Positions 37,901 through 42,442 of a DNA stretch of 42,442 nucleotides are shown here, in pieces. This DNA comes from Eimeria praecox (taxonomy: Eukaryota), in NCBI GenBank assembly GCA_963920595.1, contig OY986947.1, forward strand, positions 6,510,001-6,552,442, written 5' to 3'. Numbering within the stretch: the stretch's first letter is position 1; the number at the start of each line of letters is the position of its first letter. The position numbers were made by a program, and so were the translations under genes. A model generated the notes under the pieces. The model was not told where the DNA came from and ran no database searches. It saw nothing but the letters and a program-made list of their open reading frames with translations.

Positions 37901-40900
37901 TCCCTGTGGGCAGAGGGGAACTGTACGTCTTTCAGCATAAGCACACTGCTAGCTGCAACAACCGAATATGCAACTAATGCGTGCGGCGAAGAACGACTAG
38001 CGTTGCATTGTGCGCCTGGTGCGGCAGGCATTTGCTTGCGTCGCAGAGTGTGAAAGGTTACAAGTGGAATTGCGGTATGCGGCAAGGCGGTTTGCTGCAC
38101 TTTGCTAAGCTTAGTGTGGCTTTTGCTCGGGAGGTGCACATATGATTTATGAAATACTACTACGTAAGATAGTGGCTGTGTGGATCTGGGGCTCTTTGTG
38201 TTGTGTTGAAGGCTAGGCGTTCGCGGGCTTGGAGATTTGGCAGGAAGCAGGCGACACGGTGAACAAAGCTCGTTGGTTTTGACAATCGAGTTGGCCTGGA
38301 ACACTTGGGGCATGTTGTGCCGTTTGTCTGTGTAATTGGATCTATCCCTCTGCGCGGGAGGTATCAGGAGTGAAGGCCAGCATAAACGCGCAGTGTGTAT
38401 TCTGTTCCAGGTCAGGGTTGGTATTGTGTGGAGGACAATACGCGAGTACGTGTTTCGCTGGAGTCCTCGTATATGCGCAGTGTATCATGGTCGTGCCTAC
38501 GGTGGTGCACTGCGTGCAATTGAATGCGGCTATTTGGCTCAGGGGGTGCGATGTTAGGCCGGCTGTCCAGCACGGGTGTTGCCTGCATGCCAGCGTTCAA
38601 CAGAGGCGTCACTCCACAAGTCCTGGAATTCTGCTTTAGCAAGCCGATTAGAACCGCGGAATTGCTGAGACGTTGCATATCGAATAGGGTGATGGGGTAC
38701 CTATTGAATTGCGCACATCTTGCAAGCAATCTTTCACATGGTTTAACCACACGAGCATGCGCATCAGCACAAAACGCCACGCTGGTGCAGAAACATACTT
38801 GTGCCTTTGCTCTACGTTGCTGTCTCAAGCGTTTTATTACGACAATGGTCGCCCCCTTTGGCTGGCCGATGTTCACGGCTAGCCTGTCATTCTCGACGTG
38901 GTATAAAGGTTGAACGTGAGCACACCGCGTACCGTAAATGAGACTATCAGCACTTTGTGGCGTTGCTGCTAGTAGTTTCATGGTAGATGGGAAACGAAAT
39001 AATGGAGTAAGGCAGCACTCGGCTAGGCATTTTGTCGCTTCCGGCCTTCGGTATGTTTAGAGTGGAAGTCTGCATGCACAGAGAAGGGGGACGTCTTGGT
39101 ATTCAGGATGTGGCTCGGCAGCGGTTCTATGTTTAAGGGCGAGTCTTTGCGCGGGTTTGGCAAGTTCAAGCGGTAGAGGCTGTGTGTAATGCGTATGGTG
39201 CTTAGTAGTGGTCGTCGACAAGAGGATTGAACATGCAGCTTGTCTAGGATTACTCGCTGTACAGTGTTGGGTAGGAAACGCTCATGGCCTTGAAACGCAG
39301 TCATGTAGATGCTGCTGTTGCCCATGCACAAAATGGAACGCGGTGCCATTTTATGGAGACAATGTGCACTTCATGAAAATGGCGTCTTTTCCCCACACCA
39401 GAGTGTACGCTGTTTCTATGCTTTTCTCCAGCAGATTGATTTACGGAAACGTACACTGTGGAGGGGTGAGCGCACGCTCTATGGGCGTGCATGCCTACAT
39501 ACTTGTGGCAAGATCGAATGCGGTACAACACTGTGTTCACCATTTGAACGTTGTTAATAAGAACGTGTTTATGTTGTCCATGAATGTGGTCGGAGTGTGT
39601 TTGAGGGCTTGGCCGACGTAGAATGCAATTGCCATCCTTGCTCGCGAGGCTTGGGGAAGGGTGCACTTGTGCTGCATTAGGTTGCAGCGTGGACTGGAAT
39701 GTTTTAGCTATCGCGTTACTCCATTATTGTACTACAGCTCGTGCGTGCCGTTCTTGTTGATGGGATGTGTGCAGACATCTGGCGAGCACTATTTGGGCGG
39801 CGGCGTCTTGAAGGAGAAGCCAGCGCATGCCTGTTGTCGGTTCCCTCATGTATTTAGTATCGCCTGCGGGATGCTTGATTCACTTATTGCAGCACATTAC
39901 AGGCATGGTGCATCAGTAGGCGTTGAATGTTGCTCCTGTGGGCAGAGGGGAACTGTACGTCTTTCAGCATAAGCACACTGCTGGCTGCAACAACCGAATA
40001 TGCAACTAACGCGTGTGGTGAAGAACGACTAGTGTTGCATTTTGCGCTTGATGCGGCAGGCATTTGCTTGCGTCGCAGAGTGTGAAAGGTTAGAAGTGGA
40101 ATTGTGGTATGCGGCAAGGTGGTTTGCTGCACTTTGCTAAGCTTAGTGTGGCTTTTGCTCGGGAGGTGCACATATGATTTATGAAATACTACTACGTAAG
40201 ATAGTGGCTGTGTGGATCTGGGGCTCTTTGTGTTGTGTTGAAGGCTAGGCGTTCGCGGGCTTGGAGATTTGGCAGGAAGCAGGCGACACGGTGAACAAAG
40301 CTCGTTGGTTTTGACAATCGAGTTGGCCTGGAACACTTGGGGCATGTTGTGCCGTTTGTCTGTGTAATTGGATCTATCCCTTTGCAGGGGAGCAGTCAGC
40401 AGCGAAGGCCAGCATAAACGCACAGTGTGTATTGTGTTCCAGGTCAGGGTTGGTATTGCGTGCAGGACAATACGCGAGTACGTGTTTCACTGGAGTCCCA
40501 TCAACAGATGCAAAGTGTACCCCGGTCGTGCGTTCGGCGTGTGTTATTGCAGGGCACGCACAACAATGCGGCTATTTGAGTCAGAAGGTACGATGCTAGG
40601 CCGCGGGTGCAACGATCTCTGCTTGCAGCTTCCTGCACAGCCGTGACTACAAAGGTTGCGGACGCCTGCTTTATTCACATCGATAAGGAGCGCAGGGGCC
40701 TCAATAGAATAGATTTCGAGTAGCGGGGCTGTTTGTTGAGCTTGCGCACATACCGGAAGCTCTGCTTCCCACCGCTTAGCAAAGAGCGACAACGCATGAA
40801 TTGGCGCACCCCCTCAAAACGAAATGCTGGAACATGCTCTACCACAAAGGGAATTTTTGATGCATTCCCGATACGCGTTGCAAACGGCGTTCGCCATCTA

Positions 40901-41916
40901 GATCGCGGCATCATGCCTTCGAAACAGGCGGCATGGGGGCATTAGTGGCGGGGTGGCAGGCCCTTGCTGTCTCTCGCCCCTGGGGTATCAACTGTGCAGC
41001 AGTGGTATGCGTTCAGGTATAGCGTAGCCAACAAGCTTACTACCGCTTATGCACGCGTTTGGCCTCTCATGATTTTAGTTGAGGCACCTCACGTGCTAGG
41101 ATTTGTTTGCGGATGTTCACGGCTAACGTGGCAGGTTCGGGGGTGGAGTAGAGGTTGAAAGTGAGCACACCGCGTACCGTAAAAGAGACTGTCGGAACTG
41201 TGTGGCGTTGCTGTTAGCAGTTTCATGGTAGATGGGAAACGAAGTAATGGAGTAAGGCAGCACTCGGCTAGGCATTTTGTCGCTTCCGACCTTCGGTATG
41301 TTTAGGGTGGAGGTCTGCATGCAGAGAGAAGGCGGACGTCTTGGCATTCAGGATGTGGCTCGGCAGCGGTTCTATGTTTAAGGGCGAGTCTTTGCGCGGG
41401 TTTGGCAAGTTCAAGCGGTAGAGGCTGTGTGTAATGCGTATGGTGCTTAGTAGTGGTCGTCGACAAGAGGACTGAACATGTAGCTTGTCTAGGATTACTC
41501 GCTGTACAGTGTTGGGCAGGAAGCGCTGGTGCCCTTGAAAAGCAGTCATGTAGATGCTGCTGTTGCCCATGCACAAAGGGAGCGCGGTGCCATTTTATGG
41601 AGACAATGTGCACTTCATGAGAATGGCGCCTTTTCCCCACACTAGGGTGTACGCTGTTTCTATGGTTTGCATCACCAGATTGATTTACAGAAACGTACAC
41701 TGTGGAGGGGTGAGCGCACGCTCTATGGACGTGCATGTTCGTAGGAAGCGCGAATGCGGAACAACACTGTGCTCACCACTTTGAAGTTGCCAACAGGAAC
41801 GTGTTGGCCATCCTTGCTCGCGAGGCTTGGGGAAGGATACACTTGTGCTGCATTAGGTTGTAGCGTGGACTGGAATGTTTTAGCTATCGCGTTACTCCAT
41901 TATTGTACTACAGCTC
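208..41916 (+). CDS. Putative spliced gene (internal part; start and stop not in window) made of ~110 consecutive 3-nt microexons; inferred product is a Glu/Lys-rich E4K4-type helical repeat followed by an (S/G)LK repeat
   Basis: YAG|NNN|GTRNG motifs occur on the + strand throughout the window. The concatenated triplets are stop-free in phase 0 and read (EKKKKEEE)n...D QGAAAPLKRT SLKSLKSLKGLKGLGSLKGL. AG and GT are retained in every repeat copy while the triplets vary. No transcript evidence is available. Confidence 0.72.
1396..1424 (+). other. G-tract (GGGCG8TG7AGGATTGGG), present once per array A unit; potential G-quadruplex
   Basis: Long G runs are seen directly in every unit. The structure is only inferred. 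Confidence 0.4.
2321..20992 (+). CDS. 72 further candidate 3-nt microexons in array A units 2-10
   Basis: The same eight sites occur in each unit. The second exon is GAA instead of AAA in units 4-7 (6764, 8876, 10989, 13102). The last exon is GAC (20990-20992). Confidence 0.72.
17669..17732. repeat. 32-bp tandem duplication unique to array A unit 9
   Basis: gaggtgttgggcgcatgcgtttctatacagct (17669-17700) is followed by gaggtgtagggcgcatgcgtttctatacagct (17701-17732). Together with a 1-bp deletion near 17817 this explains the 2135-bp period. Confidence 0.95.
21553..21555 (+). CDS. Candidate 3-nt microexon CAA (Gln)
   Basis: gaaacag|CAA|gtacgc; the flank resembles array A exon 5 (gcggaacag|AAA|gtatg). 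Confidence 0.65.
22245..22247 (+). CDS. Candidate 3-nt microexon GGG (Gly)
   Basis: gaatcag|GGG|gtatgt. Confidence 0.65.
22634..22636 (+). CDS. Candidate 3-nt microexon GCT (Ala)
   Basis: ggcccag|GCT|gtgcgt. Confidence 0.65.
22927..22929 (+). CDS. Candidate 3-nt microexon GCG (Ala)
   Basis: acaacag|GCG|gtaggt. Confidence 0.62.
23180..23182 (+). CDS. Candidate 3-nt microexon GCA (Ala)
   Basis: attccag|GCA|gtacgt. Confidence 0.65.
24513..24515 (+). CDS. Candidate 3-nt microexon CCA (Pro)
   Basis: gtgtcag|CCA|gtgcgt. Confidence 0.58.
25942..25944 (+). CDS. Candidate 3-nt microexon CTT (Leu)
   Basis: ggaacag|CTT|gtatgt. Confidence 0.62.
26153..26155 (+). CDS. Candidate 3-nt microexon AAA (Lys)
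   Basis: tatttgaatcag|AAA|gtacga; 19/21 identical to the array B Lys site tatttgagtcag|AAG|gtacga. Confidence 0.7.
26421..26423 (+). CDS. Candidate 3-nt microexon AGA (Arg)
   Basis: tccacag|AGA|gtgcgc. Confidence 0.63.
27475..27477 (+). CDS. Candidate 3-nt microexon ACT (Thr)
   Basis: cttgaaatag|ACT|gtatga (TAG acceptor). Confidence 0.5.
28520..41916 (+). CDS. Twenty candidate 3-nt microexons in array B (SLK SLK SLK GLK GLG SLK GL)
   Basis: cag|AGT|gtacgc at 28520, 30768, 33017, 39402; tag|GGT|gtacgc at 35262, 37438, 41646; cag|CTC|gtgcgt at 28856, 31104, 33353, 35530, 37706, 39738, 41914; cag|AAG|gtacga at 29701, 31951, 34200, 36377, 40585; cag|GGG|gtgcga at 38543. Confidence 0.68.
38350..38915. 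other. Divergent/replaced segment within array B unit 5
   Basis: The sequence drifts from the unit consensus from ~38350, is hard to align over ~38570-38865, and rejoins at gatgttcacggcta (~38868) and ggttgaacgtgagcacaccgcg (~38908). The unit is 212 bp shorter than the previous one. Confidence 0.9.
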
Positions 41917-42442
41917 GTGCGTGCTGTTCTTGTTGATGGGGTGTGTGCAGACACCTGGCGAGCACTATTTGGGCGGCGGCGTCTTGAAGGAGCAGCCAGC
42001 GCATGCCTGTTGCCGGTTCCGTCATGTATTTAGTATCGCCTGCGGGATGCTTGATTCACTTATTGCAGCACATTACAGGCATGGTGCATCAGTGGGCGTT
42101 GAATGCTGTCCCTGTGGGCAGAGGGGAACTGTACGTCTTTCAGCATAAGCACACTGCTAGCTGCAACAACCGAATATGCAACTAATGCGTGCGGCGAAGA
42201 ACGACTAGCGTTGCATTGTGCGCTTGATGCGGCAGGCATTTGCTTGCGTCGCAGAGTGTGAAAGGTTAGAAGTGGAATTGCGGTATGCGGCAAGGCGGTT
42301 TGCTGCACTTTGCTAAGCTTAATGTGGCTTTTGCTCGGGAGGTGCACATATGATTTATGAAATACTACTACGTAAGATAGTGGCTGTGTGGATCTGGGGC
42401 TCTTTGTGTTGTGTTGAAGGCTAGGCGTTCGCGGGCTTGGAG

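Larger units (their letters stand above)
28040..42442. repeat. Tandem array B, ~6.5 copies of a ~2.0-2.25 kb unit (continues downstream of the window)
   Basis: The marker CCCCACAC(C/T)AG-RGT-GTACGC has its triplet at 28520, 30768, 33017, 35262, 37438, 39402 and 41646 (periods 2248, 2249, 2245, 2176, 1964, 2244). The left edge decays gradually over ~27980-28150. Confidence 0.97.

Noticed and set aside
28098..42347. ORFs in array B, including 30205..31032 (275 aa) and the 179-aa repeats
   Set aside because: Lengths and frames differ between copies through 1-2 bp indels, and no recognisable domain is present.
1..42442. CRISPR array, rDNA/tRNA/snRNA tandem cluster or transposon
   Set aside because: I found no short repeat with unique spacers, no recognisable rRNA, tRNA or snRNA sequence, no terminal repeats, and no transposase or reverse transcriptase ORF.

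Overview
The window looks eukaryotic and non-coding at first pass. It has tandem array A (1..~21200, 10 copies of a ~2.1 kb G/T-rich unit), a ~6.8 kb single-copy segment (~21200..~28000), and tandem array B (~28040..42442, ~6.5 copies of a ~2.0-2.25 kb unit). None of the supplied ORFs is credible. Reading the + strand by eye shows a recurring element YAG|NNN|GTRNG (3' splice site, exactly 3 nt, 5' splice site): 8 per array-A unit, 10 in the single-copy segment and 3 per array-B unit, about 110 in all. Joining the triplets gives a stop-free frame: (EKKKKEEE)3 (EEKKKEEE)4 (EKKKKEEE)2 EKKKKEED QGAAAPLKRT SLKSLKSLKGLKGLGSLKGL. My best interpretation is the interior of one large gene built from consecutive single-codon (3-nt) microexons, encoding an E4K4-type charged helix followed by an (S/G)LK tripeptide repeat. 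On this view the two 'satellites' are amplified intron+microexon cassettes. The motif pattern is seen directly; splicing and translation are inferred and need transcript evidence. The organism cannot be determined from the sequence.
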